Positions 1 to 9,568 of a DNA stretch of 64,000 bases are shown here, piece after piece. The position numbers and the translations under genes were made by a program. This DNA comes from Candidatus Gottesmanbacteria bacterium (GTDB lineage: Bacteria; Patescibacteriota; Microgenomatia; UBA10105; UBA927): assembly GCA_963701185.1 (NCBI GenBank), contig OY969569.1, positions 34,865-98,864 of the forward strand, given 5' to 3'. The stretch's first letter is position 1. Each line of letters starts with the position of its first letter. Below the pieces are notes generated by a model. That model saw nothing but the letters and a program-made list of their open reading frames with translations, did no database searches and had not been told where the DNA came from.

Positions 1-13
1 GCTTAGTAATAAG

Positions 14-700
14 ATGACTGCACAAGCGGCACCGTCTGCGGAATCAGAAGCAGCCCGCCCTCCGGTCACACAGGTCGTGGAGGTTGTGGTCGAAGAAGAA
101 CAACCGCCCCCAGAAGAACCGCCGGTACGCGAGCCTGCAGATGAAGTACCCCAGGAAGATTCCGTCAGGAAATCTATGGTTGAGGAGTTGTATACTCCGG
201 AGAAAAAACAAACCGTTATGCCGGAAATTTCGGTCCATAAGAAGCCTATTACGTCATTATTCGTGTGGGCAATTGTGACGATTCTTGTTGCAATCGCGAC
301 CGGCGGGATTTTATTTGCCGCAGCAAAGAAAACGTCTCCGCTGAAGTTATTTGCACGTCCGACTCCCACCCCGACCGCCACACCCACTCCAACTCCCACC
401 CCGACACCGGTTGCGATTGACAAAACGGCGTTTGAAATAAAAGTATTAAACGGCGGCGGTACGCCCGGAGCCGCGGGAAAAATGAAAACCTTTTTGGAAG
501 AGAAGGGGTATACAGTAGCGAGTACCGGGAATACGGAAGAATATACGTTTACGACAACGGAAATTCACGGGAAAGACACGATGAAAGATGCCATTGCAAA
601 TCTTGAAACGGACCTGAAAGATACGTATACATTAGGCACCGTTGCCGCTGATCTCACTGCAAGCTCCTCCGTTGACGTTGAAGTGATCGTCGGGAAATAA
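14..700 (+). CDS. Membrane-anchored LytR C-terminal domain protein
   Basis: TM helix, PT-rich linker, C-terminal IKVLNGGGTPGAAG...VEVIVGK typical of LytR_C. Confidence 0.8.
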   Translation: MTAQAAPSAESEAARPPVTQVVEVVVEEEQPPPEEPPVREPADEVPQEDSVRKSMVEELYTPEKKQTVMPEISVHKKPITSLFVWAIVTILVAIATGGILFAAAKKTSPLKLFARPTPTPTATPTPTPTPTPVAIDKTAFEIKVLNGGGTPGAAGKMKTFLEEKGYTVASTGNTEEYTFTTTEIHGKDTMKDAIANLETDLKDTYTLGTVAADLTASSSVDVEVIVGK

Positions 701-707
701 TTTCTTC

Positions 708-1451
708 ATGAAGTATAAAGCCCTCTTTCTCGATCTTGACGGTACGACGGTCGTTCATGGTATCGAAAATCTTCCGTCTGCACACGTTACACAGGCCATT
801 AAAGCGGCGCATAGCAAAATTCATATATGTTTGGCTACCGGACGCCCCCTGTATGTCGCTCAATCAATTTTAGACCACTTGAATCTGTCCGGCCCGTGCG
901 TTTTGTCAGGCGGGACGCAAATCTACGATCCAGTGAAAAAGACGATGATCATGGAATTTGCGTTGAAAAAACGGGCTATCAACAGTATTTATGCATATTG
1001 CAGGAAGAATAAAATAGAAGTAAACATTTTTGACGGGAAAGAAGATATATCCTTTCACGGAGAGTTTAAAAAAAAGAATATATTAAGTTTTTATATTCCT
1101 AAAATCAATCCGCAGGTAGTAGATGAAATTATCAAAGATCTACAGCAGATTCCGGATGTAAATATTTTTAAAATACCTTCCTGGACCCCGGGGTTTATGA
1201 GTATTGATATCATGGCAAGTGGGGCCTCGAAACTCCACGGAATCGTTGAAGTGGCAAAAAGACTTAATATTCAAACACATGAAATGATCGGTGTGGGGGA
1301 CGGGTATAATGATTTTCCGCTCCTGATGGCCTGCGGGCTCAAAATTGCCATGGGAAATGCCGTGCCGGAGCTCAAAGCCATTGCCGATTTTGTTGCGCCG
1401 TCCGTTGAAGAAGACGGCGTAGCAACGATAATAGAAAAATTTATAGTATGA
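708..1451 (+). CDS. Cof-type HAD hydrolase
   Basis: DLDGT, ATGR and GDGYND..MGNA motifs. Confidence 0.9.
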   Translation: MKYKALFLDLDGTTVVHGIENLPSAHVTQAIKAAHSKIHICLATGRPLYVAQSILDHLNLSGPCVLSGGTQIYDPVKKTMIMEFALKKRAINSIYAYCRKNKIEVNIFDGKEDISFHGEFKKKNILSFYIPKINPQVVDEIIKDLQQIPDVNIFKIPSWTPGFMSIDIMASGASKLHGIVEVAKRLNIQTHEMIGVGDGYNDFPLLMACGLKIAMGNAVPELKAIADFVAPSVEEDGVATIIEKFIV

Positions 1452-2539
1452 AATACTACATTGTTACATTTGGCTGTGCCGCCAATGAGGCGGATAGCGA
1501 AAGAATCGCTTCGTATTATCAGTCGCGGGGTTTTATACAAGCAAAATCAATTGAGGATGCCGACGATGTGGTTATTAACACGTGCATGATCAGGGAAAAA
1601 GCATCGCACCGGGTATATGGTCTTATTCATAATTTGGAAAAAACAAAACAAAAAATCATACTGACCGGTTGCATGGTCGGGATGGCGGTTCGGGAAAAAT
1701 CCGGGAAGATGATGGAACAATTGAAGAAAAAACTACCGGACGTTGACGAATTTTTACCGATTGAAGAAGTAGGATTTGAGTATGCGCCGATTCGGACGGA
1801 TTCAAAACATGCGCTGGTTCCCATCACAAACGGGTGTAATAATTTTTGTACCTACTGTGTTGTTCCCTTTACGAGAGGGAGAGAAGTAAGCCGTCCGTTT
1901 GAGGATATCGTACGGGAATGTCAAGGATTTACACGCGTGACGCTCATCGGTCAAAACGTTAATTCCTACGGATCGGACTTAAAAATAAAAAATATAAAAC
2001 CCGTATACGTCAAACACCTCGGGAGACTCCGGATTCCGACATTGTTCCCGGCACTCCTTGAAGAAGTCAGCAAAATCAAAGGATTAAAGAACATAGACTT
2101 CATTTCCAGCAATCCCTGGGATTTTTCCGATGAGCTTATTGACGTAATTGCACAGAACAATAATATTTCCCGGCACATCCATTTGCCGCTGCAGTCCGGA
2201 GATAACACGATGCTCAAACGCATGAACCGGTGGTATACGAGGGAAGAATATTTAACATTGGTTGCGAAATTACGAAAGCATATTCCCGGGGTTACGATTT
2301 CTACGGATATCATCGTAGGATTTTGTGGTGAGACAAAAACACAATTTAACAATACCGTGAGTTTAGTCCGCGATGTCGGGTTTTCAAAGGCCTATGTTGC
2401 CATGTATTCCGACAGACCAATGACCGCGGCACACAAAGCATACAAAGACAATGTTCCCTACGCGGAAAAAAAGAGGCGGTGGGCAATTCTTGAGGAGCTT
2501 ATCAATAAAACAAATTTACGAAACGGGACCTATGCATAA
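1448..2539 (+). CDS. miaB: tRNA methylthiotransferase MiaB-like, no TRAM domain
   Basis: UPF0004 N-terminus (TFGC..N..DSE, NTC, GC), radical SAM CNNFCTYC; adjacent to miaA. Confidence 0.85.
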   Translation: MKYYIVTFGCAANEADSERIASYYQSRGFIQAKSIEDADDVVINTCMIREKASHRVYGLIHNLEKTKQKIILTGCMVGMAVREKSGKMMEQLKKKLPDVDEFLPIEEVGFEYAPIRTDSKHALVPITNGCNNFCTYCVVPFTRGREVSRPFEDIVRECQGFTRVTLIGQNVNSYGSDLKIKNIKPVYVKHLGRLRIPTLFPALLEEVSKIKGLKNIDFISSNPWDFSDELIDVIAQNNNISRHIHLPLQSGDNTMLKRMNRWYTREEYLTLVAKLRKHIPGVTISTDIIVGFCGETKTQFNNTVSLVRDVGFSKAYVAMYSDRPMTAAHKAYKDNVPYAEKKRRWAILEELINKTNLRNGTYA

Positions 2540-3284
2540 ACTTCTGGTAATCTGCGGACCGACGGCAACAGGGAAAACAGCGTTAGCCGCGGCACTTGCC
2601 AAAAAATTCAACGGCGAACTGATTTCCGCCGATTCCCGGCAGGTGTATCGGGGTAATGATCTGGAAACTAATAAAGAGAGGCCGGATGTTCCCATCTGGT
2701 TATATGACGTCGTAGACCCGGGAGAAGAATTCAGCGTAGCACATTGGTTGAAGTTAGCCCGGGTTGCTATTGGTGATATCCTCAGACGCGGAGAGTTACC
2801 GATAGTTGTGGGTGGCAGCGGGTTGTATATTCATGCATTAATACATCCGTTTGAAACCGTGGATATACCTCCGGATGAAAATTTCCGTAAACGGAACTTA
2901 ACACTTCAGGAATTACAGCATATGACACTGCGGGGAAGTATGAATGATTCTGATTGGAATAATCCTCGCCGGCTGATTCGAAAAATAGAAATAGCAAAAT
3001 CAACAGTAAAAAAGAATATTCCTCAGCCGTATGATGTTCTGATTATCGGATTAATGGCTCCGCTTCCGGTTTTGTACAAGCGAATTGACGATCATGTACA
3101 GGAGCGCATTCGTGCAGGCATGAACAAAGAGAACGTTATAAACGAACATGCGATAGCCAGGAAGCAACTAACATGGTTTAAGAAACAGAAAGAGATTCAC
3201 TGGTTTGATGTGACGGATACGGCATTTCCGGATAACGTGACTGCGCTCGTGGGAGCATGGTATACTACTGGTAGTTATGTTTAG
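2532..3284 (+). CDS. miaA: tRNA dimethylallyltransferase (shortened)
   Basis: GPTATGKT, SADSRQVY, VGGSGLY, ARKQLTWF; ATG at 2532. Confidence 0.9.
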   Translation: MHKLLVICGPTATGKTALAAALAKKFNGELISADSRQVYRGNDLETNKERPDVPIWLYDVVDPGEEFSVAHWLKLARVAIGDILRRGELPIVVGGSGLYIHALIHPFETVDIPPDENFRKRNLTLQELQHMTLRGSMNDSDWNNPRRLIRKIEIAKSTVKKNIPQPYDVLIIGLMAPLPVLYKRIDDHVQERIRAGMNKENVINEHAIARKQLTWFKKQKEIHWFDVTDTAFPDNVTALVGAWYTTGSYV

Positions 3285-4251
3285 GAAGCTTGAGATTTCC
3301 CTCCAAACCGTGCTTCTCACACTCGCGATTCTGGCCGGCACGTGGCTGGTTATAGAGATTCGGGATATCATCTACCTTGTATTTATTTCGTTTCTCCTGA
3401 TGACCGCGATTCATCCGATTGTTCTTAGTCTTGAAAAACTTCGGCTGCCTCGGGCGGTAAGCATTATTCTTGTGTATGTCGTGATATTAGGATTCTTAGG
3501 TGTCTCTATAGCAGGTTCGATTCCGGCGATTGTCGTTCAATCGACGAAGCTTGCGCAATTATTACCGGATCTTATCGTTCGGCTATTGCCGTATTGGAAT
3601 ATCGATTTAACGACCATATCAAAACAAATTGCACCGCTGGGTGAAAACGTGGTCAAAGTCACCGTCGGGATATTTACAAATATTGTCACGACATTAACGG
3701 TACTTATCTTTACGTTTTACTTTTTGCTCGAACGGCGGCACGCAGAAGTAATCCTTACTGATCTTTTCGGCAACTCAATAGGCAAACAAATAACAGACAT
3801 ACTTCGTCGTATAGAATATCGGCTTGGGGCATGGGTACGCGGCGAATTACTCCTTATGTCATTCGTCGGTATTATGACCTATATTGGCCTCGTGCTTCTT
3901 AAAGTAGAATTTGCATTACCGCTTGCGATTCTTGCTGCGCTTCTCGAGATTATCCCGATGATCGGGCCGATTATATCAGGAATTCCGGCAGTACTCGTGG
4001 GCTTGGGGACGTCCCCGATTTTAGCGTTGAGCGTCGCGGCGCTCTATTTTGTGACCCAGCAGTTTGAAAATAATGTTTTTGTTCCGTTGGTCATGAAAAA
4101 AAGCGTAGGTCTTTCTCCGTTAGTTTCCATACTTGCCCTTATGATCGGAGGTAAACTTGCGGGTATTATCGGGGCGGCGTTGGCTGTGCCGGTACTGTTG
4201 GTCTGTCAGGTGTTGATACGATATTTTACAAAAAATCCCTCTTCTACATAA
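3277..4251 (+). CDS. AI-2E family transporter
   Basis: Multi-TM; IPMIGP, QQFENNVFVP, GLSP motifs. Confidence 0.88.
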   Translation: MFRKLEISLQTVLLTLAILAGTWLVIEIRDIIYLVFISFLLMTAIHPIVLSLEKLRLPRAVSIILVYVVILGFLGVSIAGSIPAIVVQSTKLAQLLPDLIVRLLPYWNIDLTTISKQIAPLGENVVKVTVGIFTNIVTTLTVLIFTFYFLLERRHAEVILTDLFGNSIGKQITDILRRIEYRLGAWVRGELLLMSFVGIMTYIGLVLLKVEFALPLAILAALLEIIPMIGPIISGIPAVLVGLGTSPILALSVAALYFVTQQFENNVFVPLVMKKSVGLSPLVSILALMIGGKLAGIIGAALAVPVLLVCQVLIRYFTKNPSST

Positions 4252-4264
4252 GAGGGATCCTTTG

Positions 4265-4606
4265 TGTACCCGGGAATCTCATAAGCCAGGTTCTGTTTCA
4301 AAATCCTCATTTCTCTAATGCCCGCACACTTCGGTCCTTTGGAATGTGTCATCAAGCGGACCTGTCGTCGGTTACAGCGGGTGGGATTGTCACGTTTCAC
4401 CCATCTCCCATAGCCGTCAGGCTACAGGGAAATGATCGTCTCTGCGACTCTCTCATCCTGTCAGTTCAGGAATCGTTCCCAGCATCTTTCGATGTCAGGA
4501 CACCAGCGGTTGCCCGTCTCCGTTTACGCGGAGTCCCCTCACATTCTGCTGTCTGGACTTTCCTCTCCGATTGGATCGGAGCGAGAATTCGGATTCCAAG
4601 GTACAT
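4265..4606 (-). ncRNA. rnpB: RNase P RNA
   Basis: Minus strand has GAGGAAAGTCC and AACAGAACCTGGCTTA signatures; ends pair (TGTACCTTGGAATC / GATTCCCGGGTACA); extended -10 TGgTATAAT just upstream. Confidence 0.95.
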
Positions 4607-4618
4607 ATATATTATACC

Positions 4619-4648
4619 ACAAAAACCCCGCCATGCGACGGGGTTTTG
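4619..4648. terminator. Intrinsic terminator hairpin, probably bidirectional
   Basis: AAAAACCCCG-ccatgcga-CGGGGTTTT, downstream of the minus-strand small gene at 4677-4820. Confidence 0.75.
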
Positions 4649-4676
4649 TTTAGACAGAAATTTCTTTCCAAAAAAT

Positions 4677-4820
4677 TTACGCTGCACCGATTTTATACAT
4701 TCCGGTACCGCAGACTGGACATTTCCCTTTCATTGCGGGTTTGCCATTTTTCATGGTCACTTTAACAGCCTTAGGATCGTCGCGCTTTGCGCGGCATTTT
4801 ACACAGTACATGCTTGCCAT
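4677..4820 (-). CDS. Small zinc-ribbon protein (DUF5679-like), 47 aa, missing from ORF track
   Basis: MASMYCVKCRAKRDDPKAVKVTMKNGKPAMKGKCPVCGTGMYKIGAA; two CxxC motifs; strong SD AAGGAGGTGA. Confidence 0.85.
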   Translation of the reverse strand: MASMYCVKCRAKRDDPKAVKVTMKNGKPAMKGKCPVCGTGMYKIGAA

Positions 4821-4842
4821 ATTCTTGTTTCACCTCCTTTCA

Positions 4843-4869
4843 CCCCACGAAGCTTTACGCGAAGTGGGG
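4843..4869. repeat. REP-like palindromic element
   Basis: CCCCAC-gaagctttacgcgaa-GTGGGG intergenic hairpin. Confidence 0.5.
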
Positions 4870-4871
4870 CT

Positions 4872-5117
4872 TCATCGTTTTAACAAATAGATAATTATCT
4901 CGGTCATTATTGCCAAGCCTGAGAGAATAAATGTTTTGGATAAATCCCGTTTGATTGCGGTGATTTCTGATGATTGCTGCGGAATGGAGGTTTGAACAGG
5001 AGATACGGATTCTTTTTTCAGTTGGAAACGGAATGTAGGGGAGGTGACAGACTGCTCTGTGTGCACTCTTCTGCGGAGGTCTGCGAGGATTTTTTCTTTT
5101 TTTGATTTTTTAGGCAT
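4872..5117 (-). CDS. Hypothetical protein with C-terminal TM helix
   Basis: Basic N-terminus, hydrophobic C-terminus; TTGACA..TACGCT promoter-like sequence upstream. Confidence 0.7.
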   Translation of the reverse strand: MPKKSKKEKILADLRRRVHTEQSVTSPTFRFQLKKESVSPVQTSIPQQSSEITAIKRDLSKTFILSGLAIMTEIIIYLLKR

Positions 5118-5221
5118 ACCTAGCCTCGTGCGGAGAGCGTAGCACGATCACTGTAGCCTTGTCAACCCGCGGCAAGCTTATTGACATAAAAGCAATAAGA
5201 ATCGTAGTATAATGAATACCG

Positions 5222-5710
5222 ATGGTGTTCACTCCGGATACAGTTTCGTGGATTATTTTTTTTGTCGCCATAGCGTGGGGGGTAGGACTGTCGGTTGTGG
5301 TACTGCGTATGGTGCGGCATTACAATACGCTCACCGGGGCAACCGGTAAAACAGGGTTAAAGGATGTTCTTGAGGAGATATTGCAGACGCAGAAAGGTTT
5401 GCAAAGTCAAACAAAAGATTTATATAAAGCACTGGACGATGTCCGAAAAGACGGACGGCTCCACATCCAGCGCGTCGGAATGGTCCGATTTAATCCGTTT
5501 TCCGACACGGGCGGAAGCCAGAGTTTTACTCTCTGTCTTTTGGACGGACACGATAACGGGTTAGTGATGACTTCACTCTATGCCAGGACGGGTCATCGGT
5601 GGTATATTAAAGAGGTGAGATCAGGAAAAGGCAAAGAGCTCGTTCTGTCGAAAGAAGAACAGACAGCAGTACAAAAAGCAAAACCGTTTGAAGGAATGAT
5701 ACATGAATAA
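5222..5710 (+). CDS. DUF4446 family protein
   Basis: N-terminal TM; VRFNPFSDTGGSQSF, LLD...GLV motifs. Confidence 0.85.
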   Translation: MVFTPDTVSWIIFFVAIAWGVGLSVVVLRMVRHYNTLTGATGKTGLKDVLEEILQTQKGLQSQTKDLYKALDDVRKDGRLHIQRVGMVRFNPFSDTGGSQSFTLCLLDGHDNGLVMTSLYARTGHRWYIKEVRSGKGKELVLSKEEQTAVQKAKPFEGMIHE

Positions 5711-6878
5711 ACAGCAATTTTTGGTTACCGGCCTTATCGGGCTCGCAATCTATTTGATAGCGAGCGGGCTATCGTATGGCGCGTTTACATATATCGGGAA
5801 AACGTCAGGCGGCACTTCGGTTTCTCCGACGGCGACGACAGGAAGCTCCCAACAACATTTTATTATAGACCCTTCCATCCCGCGGACCCAAGCATGTCCA
5901 TTAAACGGTAAGCTCTATACGAAACAGGAAGAGGCTGTTTGGCAAAAGAGACGACCGCTGGCTGTCATGATTGAAAACCATGCAGAATCGCGGCCGCAAT
6001 CGGGATTGTCACTTGCCGATGTCGTGTATGAGGCAGTAGCGGAGGGTGGCATTACGCGGTTTATGGGCGTATTTTATTGCGGTATTGCAGCCGGGTCGGT
6101 TAATGTAGCGCCGGTGCGAAGCGCCCGAACATACTTTTTACCCTGGGTTTTGGAATATGACGCATTATATAATCACGTCGGCGGAGCCGGGGTGTGCAGT
6201 GACCCGACCGTGGATGAGCGCGCCAAAGCTCTGTGTCAGATCGACCAGTACAATATTAAGGATATGGATCAGTTCGGCATTTCGTTCCCGACATGCTACC
6301 GGAACCCCGACCGGCTTGATCATCCGGTAGCGACAGAACACACCATGGTGTGTGTGACGGATAAACTGGAAGCACTTGCCGCTACCCGCGGCTGGACCAA
6401 TGTTGACGCAAGCGGCGTTGCCTGGGATAAGAATTTCGTTTCATGGAAGTTTAAAGACGATGCACCGGCAGGAGACCGTGGCGCGTCATTCAGCGCAACG
6501 TTCACCGCCTGGAAGGGATATGCGGATTATACCGTGAAGTGGGTCTATGATCCGGCAGGGAACAGTTACAAACGGTTTACCGGCGGCGCACCGCACATGG
6601 ATTTGGAAACAAAAGAGCAGTTGACGGCAAAAGATATTGTTGTTTTATTTGCAGTAGAAACCGGGCCGGTTGACGATCATTTGCATCTGTTATACGGCAA
6701 TACCGGAAGCGGGACAGGCATGCTCTATCAGGACGGGAAAACGATTAAAATTACCTGGCAGAAGAACACCCGCACATCCCGGACGAAATTTTTTGACACA
6801 AACGGAAAGGAAATAAGCTTTAATCGCGGCCAAATCTGGATAGAAATGCTGCCGACTGGCACGCCGATAACATATTGA
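5703..6878 (+). CDS. DUF3048 (YerB-like) exported protein
   Basis: RRPLAVMIENH..RPQSGL..AD.VYE..AEGGITRF; PVRSAR. Confidence 0.88.
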   Translation: MNKQQFLVTGLIGLAIYLIASGLSYGAFTYIGKTSGGTSVSPTATTGSSQQHFIIDPSIPRTQACPLNGKLYTKQEEAVWQKRRPLAVMIENHAESRPQSGLSLADVVYEAVAEGGITRFMGVFYCGIAAGSVNVAPVRSARTYFLPWVLEYDALYNHVGGAGVCSDPTVDERAKALCQIDQYNIKDMDQFGISFPTCYRNPDRLDHPVATEHTMVCVTDKLEALAATRGWTNVDASGVAWDKNFVSWKFKDDAPAGDRGASFSATFTAWKGYADYTVKWVYDPAGNSYKRFTGGAPHMDLETKEQLTAKDIVVLFAVETGPVDDHLHLLYGNTGSGTGMLYQDGKTIKITWQKNTRTSRTKFFDTNGKEISFNRGQIWIEMLPTGTPITY

Positions 6879-6910
6879 AGTTCTGCCTTTCTGCCCCATG
6901 AAGGAGTGGT

Positions 6911-7492
6911 ATGATTTTAGAAGATATTATTATTTCCAGAGTTAGGGTAAAAATTCTCACGTTATTTTTTACCCACCCCGGTACAATTTTTCATGTCCGT
7001 GATATGGTCCGGAAAGTCGGCGAGGAGATCAATGCGGTACGCCGCGAACTTTCTCACATGGAGAAAGCCGGCATGGTTACGAAGGAACAGCGGGCAAACC
7101 GGTTGTTTTATTCCTTCCGCAAGGATTATCCGTTGTATTATGATCTCCTGGAACTCGTCGCAAAGACGTCGGGGCTCGGCTGGGATCTTATCAAACAGCG
7201 CGCCAAACTGGGGCGTATCAAGTTTGCCATGCTTTCGGGACGGTATCTGCGGGGTTTGCCTAAAAAATCATCAACGGATGTGGATCTCTTAGTTGTGGGC
7301 AGCGTGGTATTGCCGGAACTTTCCCAGATGGTAAAAGCGGAAGAGGTCCGTCGGGAGCGGGAAATCAATTACACCGTGATGACGGAAGAAGAATTCGTAT
7401 TCCGTAAGCGCCGCCGCGATCCGTTTGCCCTGTCAATTTTAGAAGGATCACGTAGTATGATCATAGGAGACGAAGAAGAATTAGTAAGCTAA
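6911..7492 (+). CDS. Winged-helix plus nucleotidyltransferase-like protein
   Basis: N-terminal wHTH (INAVRRELSHM); DVDLLVVG; EINYTVMTEEEF. Confidence 0.7.
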   Translation: MILEDIIISRVRVKILTLFFTHPGTIFHVRDMVRKVGEEINAVRRELSHMEKAGMVTKEQRANRLFYSFRKDYPLYYDLLELVAKTSGLGWDLIKQRAKLGRIKFAMLSGRYLRGLPKKSSTDVDLLVVGSVVLPELSQMVKAEEVRREREINYTVMTEEEFVFRKRRRDPFALSILEGSRSMIIGDEEELVS

Positions 7493-7497
7493 CTTCT

Positions 7498-8775
7498 ATG
7501 TTGAAAGATCCCCGCCGCGTATTCATAATTATTCTTTTCCTAACCCTTCTTGCGGGCTATATCGATCTGCCGGATGCATATCGCCCGGGTTTTCAGATCG
7601 GTTCCTTTAAAAAACAATTTACGACGAAGTTCGGATTGGATCTCTCGGGGGGCACGCAGCTGGTTTTGGATGCAAATATGAAAGATATCGGAGGCGCAGA
7701 CAGGGCTTCAGCACTCGAGTCCGCAAAACAAGTGATCGAGCGCAGGGTCAACTTTTTCGGCGTCACGGAGCCGGTTGTTCAGACCGCCACGAGCCAGAAT
7801 AGTTATCGTATTATTGTGGAGCTTCCCGGGATCTCGGATGTTAATCAGGCGATCTCACTTATCGGGGCTACGGCGCAATTGGAATTCCGGGAGATCGTTG
7901 ATCCGACTGCCACCCAAAGTGCAACATTGGCAACAGGTATTACCGGCAAAGACCTGAAACGTGCACAGGTTACCTTTGATACGACGAGCGGATCGCCGCA
8001 GGTTGCGATAGAATTCAACTCGGAAGGCGCGAAGAAGTTTGCAGAAGTCACGAAACGACTGGTGGGCAAACCTCTTGCCATATTTTTAGATAACGTACCG
8101 ATTACATCTCCGGTCGTCAAACAGGAAATCACGGACGGACAAGCTGTCATAAACGGCCAATTTACCCAGGATCAGGCAAAAGCGCTTGCCTTGCAGCTCA
8201 ATGCCGGAGCCCTGCCGGTTCCCGTAACGGTCGTGCAGAAAGAAACCGTGGGAGCGACACTGGGGGCGTCATCGGTTACCAAAAGCATTACCGCCGGCGT
8301 CGTGGGACTCACGATCGTTGCCCTGTTTATGGTTGCCCAATACGGCTGGTTGGGACTGTTTGCCGATATGGCTTTGGTGGTATACGGCATTCTGACGTTT
8401 GCGGTTTTCCGTTGGATCCCCATCACCCTCACGCTTCCCGGTATTGCGGGTTTCATATTGTCCATGGGCATGGCCGTTGACAGCAACATCCTTATTTTTG
8501 AACGGTTTAAGGAAGAAAAACGTGCGGGGCGTCCGTGGAAAGTTGCCATGGAGATGGGATTCGGGAAAGCATGGGACAGTATCCGCGATGCAAACTTTAC
8601 CACGCTCATCACGTGTGCGATTCTCTATAATCCCGGAAACTGGCAGTTTTTACCAAGCTCCGGCATGGTCCGGGGATTTGCCGTCACGTTATTCATCGGG
8701 GTGTTAGCAAGCCTATTTACCGGTATTGTCGTCACACGGACATTTATTCGGGTGCTCTATAAAGAACATGATTAA
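7498..8775 (+). CDS. secD: Protein translocase subunit SecD
   Basis: GLDLSGG, RVNFFGVTEP, LTLPGIAG, AVDSNILIFER. Confidence 0.95.
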   Translation: MLKDPRRVFIIILFLTLLAGYIDLPDAYRPGFQIGSFKKQFTTKFGLDLSGGTQLVLDANMKDIGGADRASALESAKQVIERRVNFFGVTEPVVQTATSQNSYRIIVELPGISDVNQAISLIGATAQLEFREIVDPTATQSATLATGITGKDLKRAQVTFDTTSGSPQVAIEFNSEGAKKFAEVTKRLVGKPLAIFLDNVPITSPVVKQEITDGQAVINGQFTQDQAKALALQLNAGALPVPVTVVQKETVGATLGASSVTKSITAGVVGLTIVALFMVAQYGWLGLFADMALVVYGILTFAVFRWIPITLTLPGIAGFILSMGMAVDSNILIFERFKEEKRAGRPWKVAMEMGFGKAWDSIRDANFTTLITCAILYNPGNWQFLPSSGMVRGFAVTLFIGVLASLFTGIVVTRTFIRVLYKEHD

Positions 8776-9568
8776 ATTTTCTAAATACATCTGGCTCTAT
8801 ATACTTATTTCCGGACTTGTCCTTGTACCGGGTGCGTATTCGCTTATCCGCTATGGCCTGCGGCCATCTATCGATTTTACCGGCGGAACACTTATCGAAG
8901 TCAAAAGTAACGTTATTCCATCCGGTGCCAGTGTTCAGAAAACAGGGAGCGATACGTACCTTGTCCGGTTGCAGGACGAAACGGCTTCAATTTCGGGTCA
9001 AATTCTGCGGAAAGAAACCGTGGGGCCTGTGTTGGGGGCAGAGCTTTTGAATAAAACAATTACCGCCGCGCTTATTGCGATGTTTGCCATCCTTGCCTAC
9101 GTTGCCTACGCATTTAAAAATATTAAATTCGGGATATCAGCAGTTATTGCCCTTATCCATGATCTTTTAGTCGTTATCGGATTATTTTCTTTATTCGGCC
9201 ATTGGTGGGGGGTTGAGGTGGATACGCTTTTTGTCACGGCGTTTTTGACAACCATGAGTTTCTCCGTGCACGATACGATTGTGGTGTTTGACAGGATCCG
9301 GGAAATGCTTAAGCGCGGAGAACGGCTGCCGTTTAACGAGTTGTGCGATAAAGCGATGACGGAAACCATCGGCCGGTCCACCGCAAATTCATTTACGATT
9401 ATTTTTATGTTACTGGCGCTTGCGCTCTTAGGCGGGGATACCATCAGGTGGTTCGTCATCGCGCTTCTCATCGGCACCGTCTCCGGCACCTATTCCTCTC
9501 CCTTCGTGGCAACCCCCGTTTTAATTTTGTGGGACAGATGGGAGAAGAGAAGAAAGTCTGGTAAGTAA
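8768..9568 (+). CDS. secF: Protein translocase subunit SecF
   Basis: IDFTGG, VGPVLG, HD, SVHDTIVVFDRIRE. Confidence 0.95.
   Translation: MIKFSKYIWLYILISGLVLVPGAYSLIRYGLRPSIDFTGGTLIEVKSNVIPSGASVQKTGSDTYLVRLQDETASISGQILRKETVGPVLGAELLNKTITAALIAMFAILAYVAYAFKNIKFGISAVIALIHDLLVVIGLFSLFGHWWGVEVDTLFVTAFLTTMSFSVHDTIVVFDRIREMLKRGERLPFNELCDKAMTETIGRSTANSFTIIFMLLALALLGGDTIRWFVIALLIGTVSGTYSSPFVATPVLILWDRWEKRRKSGK

Noticed and set aside
358-410. Short tandem repeats (also 23930-24030)
   Set aside because: They encode ordinary Pro-Thr linkers.
4206-4883. Several ORF-track ORFs across this interval
   Set aside because: They overlap the RNase P RNA and the real small zinc-ribbon gene.
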